Origin: a virus
Direction: 5' to 3' (one strand)
IMG/VR virus record: IMGVR_UViG_3300025035_000001
DNA length: 64,000 nucleotides
Below the pieces are notes generated by a model. The model was given only the letters and a program-made list of their open reading frames with translations, did no database searches and was not told where the DNA came from. A program made the translations under genes and the position numbers. Positions 17,515-26,860 of the stretch are shown in pieces; within the stretch, counting starts at the first letter, position 1; every line of letters begins with the position of its first letter.

Positions 17515-18247
17515 TACAATTCAAATTTAATGTTTTTGTTAATCTGTTCTAATAATCCATTTGTTTCAAAATCATCTCCGTAAAATCCACCGCAGCTGTC
17601 AATTTCATCCCAACATATATTTTCAGTAAAATATTCTTTTTGTGTTTGAGTATCAAATATATGCCCACTATCGATTAAATCTTGAAAGATACTACCGGTA
17701 GTAGAATAGCTTACTTTTTTTTTAAATAAAATGTAATACCATACATCACCTGATAAATACTGATTCCATTCTTTAATTAAAGATTCTGCTACTTGATAAG
17801 ATTTTCCTTCGTTAAATTCGCTCCTTTTTAGGAGTACAAAACCATTACAACAAGAATCGAATCTATCGTTAAAAGGATATTGATTAGCCTTTAAACTAAG
17901 TACTACACCAGAATGTATATAAGCTATTACTGGAAATACATAATATTCTTTTTCAAAATCAAAATAATCATCAATAGCAACTTGATACTCATCATATTTT
18001 TCTTGGTCTAATTCTGAAAGATTATTTACATTTTTGTCTTTTAAAAAATGTTTAAGTTCGTCTTTTGTATTCAGATAATCAAATATATCTTTTGGATAAA
18101 ACCCATCTTTTAAAACGGTAAGTTCACGATGATCGTATACAAAAAACAATTCCCACCCCCTCTTTCATCAGGTGATTCGGGAAATCGGTCTTGATAAATA
18201 TTTAACTTGTACTCGCCACACTTACTAATTAATTCTTTTCTCATCAT
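17514..18247 (-). pseudogene. Conserved phage protein split by a -1 frameshift (or programmed frameshift)
   Basis: Upstream ORF 18110..18247 (MMRKEL...IYQDRFPESPDE) overlaps ORF 17514..18149 (AYIHSG, WNQYLSGDVW, DSCGGFYG) in the -1 frame, across G-rich and T6 runs. Confidence 0.6.
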
Positions 18248-18263
18248 TTAATATTGTTTTGTA

Positions 18264-18605
18264 TTAAAACTCTTTAACTCTTTGATTTAACTTCTCAAAA
18301 TTTTCAATTTCCAAATTTTCGACATCAATCACAAATCCACTCATTGCTAATACTTTTCTACACTCTTTTTCTGTTTGAAGTCCTATTACAAACCAGTTTG
18401 GATAAATAGGTAAGTCGTAAGTTGAAAGATGAATGTTATCTTCTTCTACACAAGTTTTCCAAGAAAGAGGTTTATAATCTTTTAAATCTTTTAACCGTTT
18501 AAACTCCTAGGTGTCTGGAAAATTTATTTCTTCTATCAATTGATATACCGTTTGAACAGATAATTCAAAAGACTTTAATTTTGTATCTTTAATTCCTATT
18601 ATCAT
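18264..18605 (-). pseudogene. 113-codon ORF interrupted by an in-frame TAG (18507-18509)
   Basis: Hand translation MIIGIKDTKL...NFPDT*EFKRLKDL...QRVKEF; A-rich leader; fills the gap between two genes. Confidence 0.55.
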
Positions 18606-18636
18606 TTTTTTTTCAAATAAATTATAAATCTTTTTA

Positions 18637-18987
18637 TTATTTCTCTAATAAGTTAAATGTTCTAATTAAATCTGTTAATTTATCTTCAGACACGTATATC
18701 ATTAAAATAGCATCTGAAGTAGAAGTTGAAAACTCTATACACCAGTTTTTACGTCCTCCTTGTATACTTTTCCAATTTATACAACTTTTTCTATATACAA
18801 TAACATCGTATGTAAAAGAAGATTTTTCTTTATGTTTAATATAATCTTCTATTGATTCAATACTATCGCCTATTAAACTATTAGATTGAATAAAGTGCGT
18901 ATATTTATTATCTACAAACCATTTTAAAATACTATCGTATTGTTCTGGTTTAAATTTGTAAAATATATCTTTATTATACGTGTGCAT
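18637..18987 (-). CDS. Hypothetical protein
   Basis: ORF track, 116 aa. Confidence 0.7.
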   Translation of the reverse strand: MHTYNKDIFYKFKPEQYDSILKWFVDNKYTHFIQSNSLIGDSIESIEDYIKHKEKSSFTYDVIVYRKSCINWKSIQGGRKNWCIEFSTSTSDAILMIYVSEDKLTDLIRTFNLLEK

Positions 18988-19002
18988 ATTTTTTTAAAAA
19001 TT

Positions 19003-19029
19003 AAAGAGGGTATTATAACTACCCTCTTT
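19003..19029 (-). terminator. Intrinsic terminator-like hairpin
   Basis: aaagagggta / taccctcttt, 10-bp stem just after the stop at 19037. Confidence 0.7.
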
Positions 19030-19036
19030 ATTTATA

Positions 19037-19876
19037 TTAGATAATTTTCTCACCGATTTCTTGAATTTCTTTTATTGGAATCGTGTGACATCTTACAACT
19101 AAAAATTTATCATTCCATTCGTCAATTTTATAATGTTCAATTCTATAGCCTACAATATTTTCATTTGCTAATATTTTTTGATACAATATTTTAGCAGCGG
19201 CTATAGGAATTTTAACATCTTTACTTGTTTCTACATGTTTACCTGAACTAGATATTCTTAAATAACAATATTTATCAGTGAAAGTATCAATATCATAATT
19301 TTTAAAGTGTTCAATGTTACGGGTACGTTTTAACTTAAAATATGCTTTTCTAGTTTTTTCTTCTTCTTTAAGTTTTGTAATAGTTTCTTCAGTATTTACT
19401 AAAAAAGGTTGTACTATTTCTTCTAACTCTTTATGTTTTTTTTCATTTGTATTTACATCTAAAATCACATATTTTTTATTTTCTAAATATGTTTTCCAAA
19501 GAGTTTGAATATTATATAAATAAGTTTCAGGTTTTCTAGCTTTACCTATAAGTACTGTTAACTCGTATATTTGACGACTTACTAAATCAGTATCTGTTTG
19601 AGTAAGACGTAATTGTTTATATTGAGTAGTCGCCTCACTTAATAACTTAACATGTTTACTTGTAGTGTTAGAGTAACCCTTATCATTAATTAATATGGTA
19701 TTATCATCGATAAATTTACCTAACATATAATGCTTTCCATAAGAATAAATAATATCACCATATGGTTTATCAAAATTACTTTGTTCAAAATAAACATTAC
19801 TACTTCTTGCCTCTGTCTGAATTTGTTGTGCGAACAAATGTATTACTTCACTTCCTGAACTAAATACTTTTTTCAT
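19037..19876 (-). CDS. Conserved phage hypothetical protein
   Basis: 279 aa; YSYGKHY, YSNTTSKH and VRCH motifs recall a widespread phage family. Confidence 0.7.
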   Translation of the reverse strand: MKKVFSSGSEVIHLFAQQIQTEARSSNVYFEQSNFDKPYGDIIYSYGKHYMLGKFIDDNTILINDKGYSNTTSKHVKLLSEATTQYKQLRLTQTDTDLVSRQIYELTVLIGKARKPETYLYNIQTLWKTYLENKKYVILDVNTNEKKHKELEEIVQPFLVNTEETITKLKEEEKTRKAYFKLKRTRNIEHFKNYDIDTFTDKYCYLRISSSGKHVETSKDVKIPIAAAKILYQKILANENIVGYRIEHYKIDEWNDKFLVVRCHTIPIKEIQEIGEKII

Positions 19877-20186
19877 TTAATCTTTCTTTTAATTTTCTAA
19901 TTTCTTCTTCTTTTTCTTTAATAGAATTAAGCACACCTGTTTCAAAATCAATGTGTTTACTGATTTCTTCTTTATCTTTAATGCTAAGTTCTAACTGCAT
20001 AAAATTCTCTAAATCATAAGTTATAATACCATTCACACCATTAGCAATCCAAACATTGAAAAGATAACCATCTATTTTTACTTTCTTTGTGTAAGCATTT
20101 GTCTCGATTACTTCATATTCACCTTTTTTTAAACGCATTACAAAATAATCTTGAACTTCTTTTACTTTTTCTCTTATATTATTCAT
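19860..20186 (-). CDS. Hypothetical protein
   Basis: ORF track; C-terminal coiled coil. Confidence 0.7.
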   Translation of the reverse strand: MNNIREKVKEVQDYFVMRLKKGEYEVIETNAYTKKVKIDGYLFNVWIANGVNGIITYDLENFMQLELSIKDKEEISKHIDFETGVLNSIKEKEEEIRKLKERLNEKSI

Positions 20187-20457
20187 TTTTTTTCAATTTA
20201 AAACCTGCATTTAACATTTTTTAAAGGCTTCTTAAATCATTTCTGATAAATACGAAGTCTTTAAAATTTTTTTAATAAATCAGCTCCTTATAATGGAGTA
20301 ATTTCTTCATTATTTTTATTTACAAATTCTTGTAAATTCAAATAACTCCATAAAGGAAACATTGCGTAACCAATAAACCTTAAATAGCTTTTACAAGCTG
20401 ATTCAAAGTTCCCGTTTTTGTATTTGCATTTTTTACGGTAATAAAATTATTTTTTAT

Positions 20458-21114
20458 TTAAAAGTCTAAAGATTTTAAATTAAAAACTTTTAAACTTTGT
20501 TGAAAAGGATGATTAGAATAGTTTTCTAATTGTTTTAGCATTTCGTTACATACTAAAGTTGTTTCAAATTGTGCATCTGGTTTTAACCTTTGCTTACACA
20601 ATCTAATAAAAGCATATAAACTACCTGTCCATATCATTGTGGTATTGAGATTAAGGGGAAGAATAGTTCTCGCTTGTTCTTTAGACACTCCTTTTTCAAT
20701 TAACATTTTATAAGCATCTTTACAATGATTAATAACTGCTTCTTCAATAGCTGTACATTGAGCTTGGTATTCTACTACCCCTTCACTTCCTTGTTTACTA
20801 GATTTAGATTGTTTTCTCCATTCCTTAATAGTTGTATAAGTATCGCTAAAATCTACATATCTGCCTGACACACTGTTGTAAATTACGCCAGATTGAGTTT
20901 TAACAATCTGTCTTTCAACATATATTGGAATTTCTAATCTATATTGAAGTTGTGCATGAGCAAAAACACTCCAATGATTGTGTTCTGCAAGATATTTAAT
21001 CAGTTTATCGTTAGCGAGTTTAGAATAATTATCTGCACTTTTTAAATACGACACACGAGCGACATCACATACCATGGTATCATTCCCAAAGACTTTTAAT
21101 AATTCTACTTTCAT
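20458..21114 (-). CDS. thyX: Flavin-dependent thymidylate synthase
   Basis: ARVS, HNHWSVFAH, RQ..K...NSVSGRY, EQARTILP, and RL...AQ.E. Confidence 0.85.
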   Translation of the reverse strand: MKVELLKVFGNDTMVCDVARVSYLKSADNYSKLANDKLIKYLAEHNHWSVFAHAQLQYRLEIPIYVERQIVKTQSGVIYNSVSGRYVDFSDTYTTIKEWRKQSKSSKQGSEGVVEYQAQCTAIEEAVINHCKDAYKMLIEKGVSKEQARTILPLNLNTTMIWTGSLYAFIRLCKQRLKPDAQFETTLVCNEMLKQLENYSNHPFQQSLKVFNLKSLDF

Positions 21115-21593
21115 AACTCTTTAAACTCATCAGGTTCTTTATACTGCAAACTTTTTAAAATCTTGTTATCACTTTTCCTTCGGATAATGAAATAATTACC
21201 TACTTGTTGATAGTAAGCATCAATTGATCCTCCTAACTTGTTAGGGTGTTTTCCTAGTTGATATGCTAAAACAGTATCTTCAGCAATCGTTTTATTTTGA
21301 GTAAATTTTGAATAGTTAGATTTTCCTACATTTATTAGTTTTTCTTTGTAAGAATCTTCTATATCAAACATTACTGGACTATTATGAATTACCCAAAACA
21401 AATCTGCAATAGCATCTTTATAATCTTCAAGATTAGCTTCTTTAAAAGCTTGTACAGCTTCATCTAATTCTTCTTGTATAAGACTTACCCAAAGATTAAA
21501 AGTGTCTTGAGAAGCTTGTATTGCAGGATTAAAAGGCACTGCTTTTGTACCTGCAAGTTTTAACCAATTAAATACGTTGTCTATTTCTTTCAT
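21111..21593 (-). CDS. MazG-like nucleoside triphosphate pyrophosphohydrolase
   Basis: LIQEELDE...DAIADLFWV...SNYSK...KILK pattern of phage all-alpha NTP-PPases. Confidence 0.75.
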   Translation of the reverse strand: MKEIDNVFNWLKLAGTKAVPFNPAIQASQDTFNLWVSLIQEELDEAVQAFKEANLEDYKDAIADLFWVIHNSPVMFDIEDSYKEKLINVGKSNYSKFTQNKTIAEDTVLAYQLGKHPNKLGGSIDAYYQQVGNYFIIRRKSDNKILKSLQYKEPDEFKEL

Positions 21594-21599
21594 TGTTTT

Positions 21600-22007
21600 T
21601 TAAATTTCTTCAATTGTCCAGTTTAAAGGTGCACCACTTTGTATCCAAGAAGATAAAATAAAATCTTTATCCATAGTCCAAGACACTTTAACAGATTCTA
21701 TTGCACTGTTTTCTAAATTAACTTTAGTATCTATTTTATAATAGGTAAATAAATTAAATCCGTTTTCATTTACAGTTACTTCAATCTCGTTTTTATTTTC
21801 AAAGTGTGAAGAAAGGTTTTCTGCCACTTCATAAGGTACTTCAATAATTACTACGGTTTCTCTTTTACGTTCCGGTATTATTAATTTTGGATTTAAGTGA
21901 GAAAGATTTAATTGTTTTCTCACTTCTTTTACTACTGATACACCTTCTGGTGAAAGTAGTTCTACTAAACGACCTGTTTGAGGTCTAAATACAACTTTAA
22001 AATTCAT
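21600..22007 (-). CDS. Hypothetical protein
   Basis: ORF track, 135 aa. Confidence 0.7.
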   Translation of the reverse strand: MNFKVVFRPQTGRLVELLSPEGVSVVKEVRKQLNLSHLNPKLIIPERKRETVVIIEVPYEVAENLSSHFENKNEIEVTVNENGFNLFTYYKIDTKVNLENSAIESVKVSWTMDKDFILSSWIQSGAPLNWTIEEI

Positions 22008-22035
22008 AATGTTTAATGTTTAATGTTTAATGTTT
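22008..22035. repeat. Heptamer tandem repeat (AATGTTT)x4
   Basis: Read directly from sequence; abuts the start codon at 22005-22007. Confidence 0.9.
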
Positions 22036-22045
22036 AATTTACTTT

Positions 22046-22948
22046 TTAAAAATCACCTTTATTTACTTGCATTACTTTAAATCCAAATCTTCTTGCATGA
22101 TTAACAACTTGGTTTCTATCATCAAACATACAAGTAATGTAATACTTTTTAACTAATTCTCTCCACATAGATTCTTTAACTTTCCAATCGGGAAGGTAAG
22201 AACCTTGAGGGCGCATTAACAATAGTTCGTAAGGAATATTGTGAAACTTTAACCATTTAATAGTTTTTTTACGACAAATAGAATCTCTACCAGAACATAT
22301 AATAATTTTATACTCTTCTTTTAAAGCAAATAAGACATTGGCTACATAATTATTCAAAGAATCATTACCTACTGATTTCCAATCGTAAGCACTTCTTTCA
22401 CCCTTATAGGCTAAAGTACCATCTATATCGAATATAACCGATTCAGGTAAGATAGGATTTTGTATAATCGGTTTAGGATTATATGCATAACTTTTAAAAT
22501 CAAAAGATTTACATAAGGTTTCATACTCTTTCCATTGATTTCTAATAACTTTTTCTCCTACTTGACGAGTTCTTTTTTTATCATTTTCAATACAATCATG
22601 TAACGTTGTATTCATTGTTTTAGGTACGTCAACAAAAGAGATATTTGTATAAAAGAATCGTCTAATAATTTGATTAAGATATTCTATTTTTAAATGAGTA
22701 TTGTCTAAAATAATGTCATACCCCTTATCAAGATATTGTTCAATGTTACGATTAATAAAGTCTGTGACAGTTTTTTCACAATCTTTTAAATTTTCTTTTT
22801 CGTAATATTTATGAACTGATTTTTCTGTATAGCCAAATAACATTTCACGAGCTTTATCTCGACTTAAAATAATAGTGTTATCAGTAGCTATATTTTTAGC
22901 TAGTGTAGACTTACCACAACCGCTAGATCCAATTAATACTTTTATCAT
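22046..22948 (-). CDS. pseT: Polynucleotide 5'-kinase/3'-phosphatase (T4 PseT-like)
   Basis: N-terminal P-loop GSSGCGKST, C-terminal HAD DIDGT, SGR, and FDDRNQVV. Confidence 0.9.
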   Translation of the reverse strand: MIKVLIGSSGCGKSTLAKNIATDNTIILSRDKAREMLFGYTEKSVHKYYEKENLKDCEKTVTDFINRNIEQYLDKGYDIILDNTHLKIEYLNQIIRRFFYTNISFVDVPKTMNTTLHDCIENDKKRTRQVGEKVIRNQWKEYETLCKSFDFKSYAYNPKPIIQNPILPESVIFDIDGTLAYKGERSAYDWKSVGNDSLNNYVANVLFALKEEYKIIICSGRDSICRKKTIKWLKFHNIPYELLLMRPQGSYLPDWKVKESMWRELVKKYYITCMFDDRNQVVNHARRFGFKVMQVNKGDF

Positions 22949-23093
22949 ACTGTAAAAAATTTACTTTTTTGTTATTCTCAATGTGAATTGCTTGTTTAAT
23001 AATTTGATGTAAATATAATTTTAAGTTTTATTAATAATGTTTTAAATAATCGTTTTCTTGATGACAAGAAAACGATTATTCTATTTTTTATGT

Positions 23094-23678
23094 TTAAGGT
23101 ATGTATAAATTAATTGGGTTATCCTTATGAATGTCAATGTCGGGATAATTGTTTTTGAAATTTCGCAAATCAAAAGGTTTTGTTATCAGATGAATGCCAT
23201 TTTTAGTTGGTAGTTGAGTCACTAATTTATTGCCTTCAGGATTACAATTATCAATAAAGTGTATCATTTCTAAAAGCCACTCATCATCAAAATCCCCATC
23301 AATATCTATTATCCAAGTCTTGTTTTTGTCGTTGTGTCCATTTCCGCAAGCCCTATCGTATGATTTTTTGATAAAAGAATATTCGCCATTTGCCATTGAA
23401 TTAGCTATGTTTTGCATTGTTTTAAATGCAACGTTACTGTAAGACCTTTTATTTAATCTAAGCATCGCCCTTGCATTAAATTGATTGCACAATTCTTTTA
23501 TTTCATCGTATTTGCTTTCAAGGTATTCAATACTCCCTATGTAATAGTTTTTAATAACTCTACTATTTGAACCCAATTGCGGATTCTCTTTTTTTCGTTG
23601 AAGAATTTGCAAGTAGTAAAAATCATCATCTGATTCAAAAACAAGCAATTCCTTTATTTTGTCAAAAACATCTATCAT
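23094..23678 (-). CDS. Conserved phage protein with AEP (primase-polymerase)-like motifs
   Basis: DDFYYLQILQRKKE N-terminus; WIIDID (motif I-like) and TKNGIHLI (motif II-like). Confidence 0.55.
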   Translation of the reverse strand: MIDVFDKIKELLVFESDDDFYYLQILQRKKENPQLGSNSRVIKNYYIGSIEYLESKYDEIKELCNQFNARAMLRLNKRSYSNVAFKTMQNIANSMANGEYSFIKKSYDRACGNGHNDKNKTWIIDIDGDFDDEWLLEMIHFIDNCNPEGNKLVTQLPTKNGIHLITKPFDLRNFKNNYPDIDIHKDNPINLYIP

Positions 23679-23693
23679 AATAAGTTATATTAT

Positions 23694-23787
23694 GGCTAAC
23701 ACAATATATAGTGTATAACCGATTAAACATCTATTTTATAGCCAAGTTTTAGGTGTTCGGCTACACACCATATACAAAACATTACCG
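23694..23787 (-). repeat. attC-like imperfect palindrome f
   Basis: Arms tatatagtgtataaccga / tcggctacacaccatata pair at 15 of 18 positions. Right core GTTAGCC lies 15 nt before the start at 23678. Left core is ggtAAT. Confidence 0.65.
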
Positions 23788-23918
23788 CTCATTTAAGAGC
23801 ACAAATACCGAACAATATCAGTTTTTACAATTCGGAAGTTTTTTGTTTTCAAATTCCTTAGAATTATCATGACTGAAATAGTTGTATAGCGTGTTTGCAA
23901 GAATGCTTACTCATAACC

Positions 23919-23955
23919 GCAATACTCCCGTATATCGCAGGAGTATTGCTTTTTT
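23919..23955 (+). terminator. Terminator-like hairpin oriented for the + strand
   Basis: gcaatactcc / ggagtattgc 10-bp stem followed by T6. Confidence 0.55.
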
Positions 23956-24010
23956 GTGAACTACCCCCCCCACGTTCCGATGGGTGGGTTTTACGCTCCG
24001 TCATATAAAA
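23956..24010. mobile_element. Possible IS200/IS605-type end or non-autonomous remnant
   Basis: gtgaactaccccccccacgttccgatgggtgggttttacgctcc resembles, from memory, the hairpin ends of IS200/IS605 elements. No tnpA or tnpB is present. Confidence 0.4.
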
Positions 24011-24090
24011 GCGATACCTGAAAGATACCGCTTTTGTTAAATCCTGTTAATAATTTTTTTTTACTTTATATCAAGTGATAATATCTGTAG

Positions 24091-26859
24091 TTATCCTTCA
24101 CAATAATAGCAATCATTAAAAGTACTACTGTTCATATTTCTTGAAGCAATTGATTCAGTTCTTAAATAGTATAATGTTTTTAAACCTTGTTTCCAAGCTT
24201 CTAAATGAACATTAGATAACCATTTACCTTCTACATCAGAAGGAAAAAATAAATTTAAGCTAATTCCTTGATCTACATATTGTTGCATTATGGCAGCTTG
24301 TTTAACAAGTTCTAATTGATTTATTTCATAAGCTGTAAGATAAACCTCTTTTTCCAAATCAGTTAAAAATTCACAATGTTGAACAGAACCTTTATACGTT
24401 GTTTCTATAGTATTCCAAAATTCAGGAGTATCTTTTTCAGGATACTTTTCTCGAATTAACTTTTCAAAGTTTTTATTTCTACGTATAAAAGTACCTTTAG
24501 AGCTTTTTTGAATAAAAGCATTTGCTATAATAGGTTCTATCCCTTGTGAAACCCCTCCCATAACTAAACTTGTAGTAGTTGTTGGAGCAATAGCAAATAA
24601 ACATAAATTTCTATTTGTATCACACCATTCAGGCGCACCCAGTAATTTACCATATTTTTTATTGTAAACATCACCTTCTTTTTTTAATTTACTACCTATT
24701 GCTTTAATTAAGTTTTTAGTAGCGAAAGAAATAAAAGGAATATTGTTCTGTTGCAGATAAGCATGAAATCCTAACCAACCCAAACCTAACAATCTACTCT
24801 TTTCTGCAAAACGAACGGCGTTTTCAAAACCTTCTACATTTTTTGCATTCTCTATAAATTCTTGCAAGTTAACATCTAAAAACAACAAAGCGTGCTCTAT
24901 AAAATCATTGTCATTTTTCCATTCGTCATATTTAGCAATGTTTACAGAAGCTAAATCACAAACAACAGTGTGTTCATAATCATGATATGATAAAATCTCG
25001 CTATTACCTGTTAATACTCCATTACTTAAAAGAAACTTACCTGTAGTAGGTATAGTAGGACAAAATACTTCTTCTTTATTTTTTAAATATTCTATTTTAG
25101 TAATTTTTTTATAATCTGTTAATCTTCTATTTGGCTTTACTGATGGTTTTTTTAATCTTACGCAAAACAATTTATCAAATAACTCAAAAGAATCATAACT
25201 TCCAATACTCAATCTATAAACAGTAGTTCTACCTTCATGTTTACAAATATCAAAGTTAGAAGAATAACCTATAGAAAATATTAAAGACTGTAAAGATTTT
25301 ATAAACTTTTCGTGAACTGATGAAATTTGAATACCCTTGCTATAAGTACCGTCAGCATCTAATATTCCACTTAGTAACATTAACTTATCTTTTTCATTTA
25401 AATTTGTAAAATCAGGTAAGTTTTGTTTATAGTCTTTACAATAACTAAGTAATTCGTTACTTACTGATGTTAAACCCTTTAATCGTTTAAATCTTTGCTT
25501 ACCCAATTGTGGTGTATTAATTACTTCATCTGAGAACGAAAAGTCTAAAATAGTATTTGAATTAATAATTTCATTTTGTTTTAACTCTTTTACCGATTCT
25601 ATTAACCTTTTTAAACATGCGTACTTTGTAAAATGTACGTTTAACAAAGGTCTGTTACTATGTGATGTACCGTCACCAAGTAAAAAACCTTTTATATAAG
25701 CACCTCTCATACTTTCTGAACCGAAATAACTTTTAAAGTTACTTTCAAGCCACATTCCTACTTTCAAATCAGATGTAAATGTTTCATAGTATTTATTTCT
25801 TCTAATATCTTCATAAGATTTAGCTGCAAACCATCTATGATTTTTATTAGCGTCCACATAACTACCATTTTTAAAATGTACTCTAATAACTTCATCTTCA
25901 CCAAAAGATTTAAAATTATTACATTTTACCCAATCATTACCATCAAAAATAGTAACCTCTTTACCTACTAAATCTTTGATTTTAAAAACACCTTCTTTAG
26001 TAAGAACTTCTGTACTACCAGCTAAACAGCAGATATTCGTTCCGTTTACTTTAAGATTACGTTTTTTCATATCGTCAGGTCTTTGATTATGAACATTATG
26101 ATAATACATAATATAAGGTTGACCTGTTTTCATACGTGTGGATAGTATTTTAGCGTAGGTGTTTCTAGCTTCTGTATTTCCATTGATAATATCTTCCATG
26201 AAAAAATCATCGATTGTTACACAATGATTAATGTTGAGACACTGACGATTTACATCTCCTTCTGGTAATCTTATTTTTAAAAATTCATTAATGTCTTTAT
26301 GCCTAATGGGGAGATTTATTGAAAATGCACCTCTCCTTGTACCACCTTGTGCAGTAGCCACTACAGCACTATCAAATACTTTAATGAAAGGAACAACGCC
26401 TTCTGTAAAGCCACCTTTACTTATAACTTCTCCTCTTCCTCTGACTTTTTCAAAAGTAATCCCAACACCACCACCATATTTAGTAAGTAAAGCAGTTTCT
26501 TTAAGTGTGTTATATATTCCTTTTAAATTATCTGGAGTCTTAGCAACAAAGCAACTAATTGTAAAACCTTTATTTGAACCAAGGTTAGATAAAATAGGTG
26601 TTGAAGGAGATAACCAACCTTTCCATAAGTAATCAAACCATGTTGATTTAACTTTTTTGGTTCTTAGTTTTGATTCAGATGCTGATAGTTTACCTTGCTT
26701 TCTAAACATATCATACAGTTTGTCAGATAATGTATCTACAATACGAACATACATCTGACGGGGGGTTTCATTTTCAAGAAGGTGTTGTTTTTTAAGTGTT
26801 TTTAAACCTTCTTCAACCATCCATTCAGGATAATCTATTCCTTTAATCCAGTTTTCCAT
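24091..26859 (-). CDS. nrdA: Ribonucleotide reductase class Ia alpha subunit, intein-containing
   Basis: ISCF, GGGVG, TNIC|SEI across the intein, AIAPT, KTLYY and C-terminal CYYCEG. Likely start is MENW at 26859, just after the nrdB stop. Confidence 0.93.
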   Translation of the reverse strand: MENWIKGIDYPEWMVEEGLKTLKKQHLLENETPRQMYVRIVDTLSDKLYDMFRKQGKLSASESKLRTKKVKSTWFDYLWKGWLSPSTPILSNLGSNKGFTISCFVAKTPDNLKGIYNTLKETALLTKYGGGVGITFEKVRGRGEVISKGGFTEGVVPFIKVFDSAVVATAQGGTRRGAFSINLPIRHKDINEFLKIRLPEGDVNRQCLNINHCVTIDDFFMEDIINGNTEARNTYAKILSTRMKTGQPYIMYYHNVHNQRPDDMKKRNLKVNGTNICCLAGSTEVLTKEGVFKIKDLVGKEVTIFDGNDWVKCNNFKSFGEDEVIRVHFKNGSYVDANKNHRWFAAKSYEDIRRNKYYETFTSDLKVGMWLESNFKSYFGSESMRGAYIKGFLLGDGTSHSNRPLLNVHFTKYACLKRLIESVKELKQNEIINSNTILDFSFSDEVINTPQLGKQRFKRLKGLTSVSNELLSYCKDYKQNLPDFTNLNEKDKLMLLSGILDADGTYSKGIQISSVHEKFIKSLQSLIFSIGYSSNFDICKHEGRTTVYRLSIGSYDSFELFDKLFCVRLKKPSVKPNRRLTDYKKITKIEYLKNKEEVFCPTIPTTGKFLLSNGVLTGNSEILSYHDYEHTVVCDLASVNIAKYDEWKNDNDFIEHALLFLDVNLQEFIENAKNVEGFENAVRFAEKSRLLGLGWLGFHAYLQQNNIPFISFATKNLIKAIGSKLKKEGDVYNKKYGKLLGAPEWCDTNRNLCLFAIAPTTTTSLVMGGVSQGIEPIIANAFIQKSSKGTFIRRNKNFEKLIREKYPEKDTPEFWNTIETTYKGSVQHCEFLTDLEKEVYLTAYEINQLELVKQAAIMQQYVDQGISLNLFFPSDVEGKWLSNVHLEAWKQGLKTLYYLRTESIASRNMNSSTFNDCYYCEG
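25003..26028 (-). mobile_element. Intein (342 aa) with LAGLIDADG homing endonuclease in NrdA
   Basis: CLAGSTEV start, block B ANKNHRW, GFLLGDG and SGILDADG motifs, end VLTGN followed by Ser+1. Confidence 0.9.
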
Positions 26860-26860
26860 A

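Noticed and set aside
20187-20457. Fragments of small ORFs between 20186 and thyX
   Set aside because: No consistent start-to-stop reading frame could be reconstructed.
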